A stretch of 64,000 nucleotides of DNA from Leucoraja ocellata (lineage: Eukaryota): positions 2,542,001-2,606,000 of the forward strand of contig JAWMAR010000043.1 in NCBI GenBank assembly GCA_036785375.1, written 5' to 3'. The position numbers were made by a program, and so were the translations under genes. Positions 62,361-64,000 of this stretch are shown here, in pieces (position 1 is the stretch's first letter; every line of letters starts with the position of its first letter). Below the pieces are notes generated by a model. It saw only the letters and a list, made by a program, of their open reading frames with translations, searched no databases and was not told the DNA's origin.

Positions 62361-62482
62361 CTAGACTAAGTGGGACCCGTTGGGTCCCAGCATCACACTG
62401 GAGGGCTGGTCCCCAAACGCAATATTCCACCTCTTCACCAATTAAATATTGGTGGCCAGTGTGTGGGGGGGTGGCGGGGGGT
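62361..62482 (-). mobile_element. Helitron 3' end
   Basis: Minus strand: perfect hairpin GGGACCC-AAC-GGGTCCC, a 7-nt spacer, then CTAG|T. Confidence 0.8.
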
Positions 62483-62489
62483 TACGCTC

Positions 62490-63470
62490 GAAGGAATAAA
62501 GTTCTAACCTGCCCCACCTTTTTCCACATAGTTTCTAAACTTGCCAACCTCCTCGTAAATCTTCTCTGAACTATTTCCAGCTAAATAATAATTATAGCAA
62601 AGTATAGCAAACGAAAACTGAACACAATATTGCAAGTGCAAACTCACCAACATCTGCAACATAACATCCCAACTTCTCTACTCGGTGTCCTGACTGATGA
62701 AGGGCAGCATGCTAAAAGACACCTTCACCATCATGTATCCCCTTGGCTCTACATCCCGCTACCTATGTACGTGTGCTCCTCAGTCCTCTGTTCAACAACA
62801 AGGCCAGTGCCCCACCATTCAATTAGAGCCCAACCATTCACTGGGAAAGTCCTATGCTGCTTTGATTTCCCAAAATGTAATGGCTCGTACTTGTATGAAT
62901 CAAACTCCATTTGCCATTCCTCGGCCCTCTTACCCACTCGAATTCCTAATAACCTATTTCATTGTCTATGACATCACCTATTTTAGTGTCATCTGCAAAC
63001 TGGTTATCAAGCCTTGTACAATTTCATCCAAATTGTTGACGTAAATGACAGACACCAATAGGCCCATTATTGAGCCCTTAGGTACCCCACTAGTTATCTG
63101 CCTCCAGTCCACAAAACAACCTTCCACCATAACACACTACTTCCGAGCCTCACGAACATTATGTATCCAATTAGCTAGCCCTTCCTAGATCCCATTTTGA
63201 CCTAACCTTTCAGAGCAGCCTGTTAAGCAGAATCTTATCAAAGGCCTCGTTGAACTACATATAGGTTACATCCACAGCCTTGCCCTCAGCAAATAGCTGG
63301 GTTACTTCTTAAAAAAACTCATATTTACGAGGCACAATATCCCATGCACAAAACAATGTTGACCATACCTAATCAACACATTATTTTTTGCAATCTTTCC
63401 CAAATAAATGGTATAATTGTAGCTACCCTCCAGTATCAATGGCTAACAATGACACTTATCTCAGTCAGGG
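62490..63470 (-). mobile_element. Old CR1 RT region
   Basis: Antisense GTGTCATCTGCAAA (FADDT), TTATCAAAGGCC (AFDK) and ORF 62749-62937 (WQMEFDSYKYEPLHFGKS). Confidence 0.82.
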
Positions 63471-63477
63471 CTCTTGT

Positions 63478-63770
63478 CAGGAACTAGAAGATGAAGAAAG
63501 TTTCACGTCTGAGGGTGCATGAGGTGGTGATGTAAGACCAATTAGACAACTTAAACTCACTGAGAAAGGTCGAGTTCTAGCTCTGGAGGGAGCCGAGAAG
63601 GAGAGAAACATGTTGTGGAAGAGGATAAGGAGGCTGTTTGATAGTGTGAAGGAATTAATGGAATCAGATGGCAACCTGGATAAGGTGGAAGGTAAATTAG
63701 GCCTGATATGCAGCCTTAATAAGGAGCTCAGTGATAAACTGTTGGAATCAGAGCCAACTCTGGAGGAACT
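63478..63770 (+). pseudogene. Possible BEL/Pao LTR-retrotransposon gag N-terminal remnant
   Basis: In frame with ORF 63610 and upstream of it: RPIRQLKLTEKGRVLALE, then a coiled-coil-like stretch. R..KLT.K[GA] resembles the start of fish BEL gag proteins. Confidence 0.45.
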
Positions 63771-63771
63771 T

Positions 63772-64000
63772 GATTCAGATTCAGATTCAATTTTAATTGT
63801 CATTGTCAGTGTACAGTACAGAGACAATGAAATGCATTTAGCATCTCCCTTGAAGAGCGACATAGCAAACGATTTGAATAAAAAATAAATAATAAGTGTC
63901 CGGGGGTGGGGGGGGGGGGGTGATTGGCAGTCACCGAGGTACGTTGTTTAGTAGAGTGACAGCCGCCGGAAAGAAGCTGTTCCTCGACCTGCTGGTTCGG
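63772..64000 (-). mobile_element. Rex1/Babar-type LINE 3' end with (TCTGAA)n tail, continuing past the window
   Basis: GATTCAGATTCAGATTCA tail; GAAAGAAGCTGTTCCTCGAC encodes RNSFF on the minus strand. Confidence 0.75.

Noticed and set aside
17825-63919. Poly-G/C tracts (17825, 20771, 27624, 30328, 55139, 63902) as a functional system
   Set aside because: Simple homopolymers with no shared context; their lengths are also error-prone in assemblies.

Overview
This is AT-rich, repeat-dense vertebrate non-coding DNA. I found no host exon, tRNA or rRNA I can support, so it reads as a large intron or gene desert. The repeat mix (CR1/HER1-type LINE ends with (TTTCTATG)n tails, HE1/V-SINEs, Deu-type SINE relics, palindromic Penelope ends) points to a cartilaginous fish, probably a skate or ray; that assignment is inference. 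All recognisable ORFs are transposon remnants: CR1, L2, Rex1/Babar, a CsRN1-type Gypsy with LTR and tRNA-Trp PBS, Penelope GIY-YIG, and a possible BEL gag. Most notable: (1) three copies of a ~1 kb non-autonomous DNA transposon with TAG...CTA ends and an atypical 7-bp TSD; (2) Penelope-derived hammerhead ribozyme motifs, one inside a palindrome carried by a Harbinger-type MITE; (3) two nearly intact, teleost-looking L2 fragments, a horizontal transfer candidate; (4) an inverted templated copy of an already decayed CR1 segment; (5) two solo LTRs, two Helitron pieces and two hAT elements with perfect 8-bp TSDs; (6) several TE-free blocks that could be conserved enhancers. I see no convincing wholly new multi-gene system. 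Family names come from recalled motifs, not database searches, and boundaries of old repeats are approximate.
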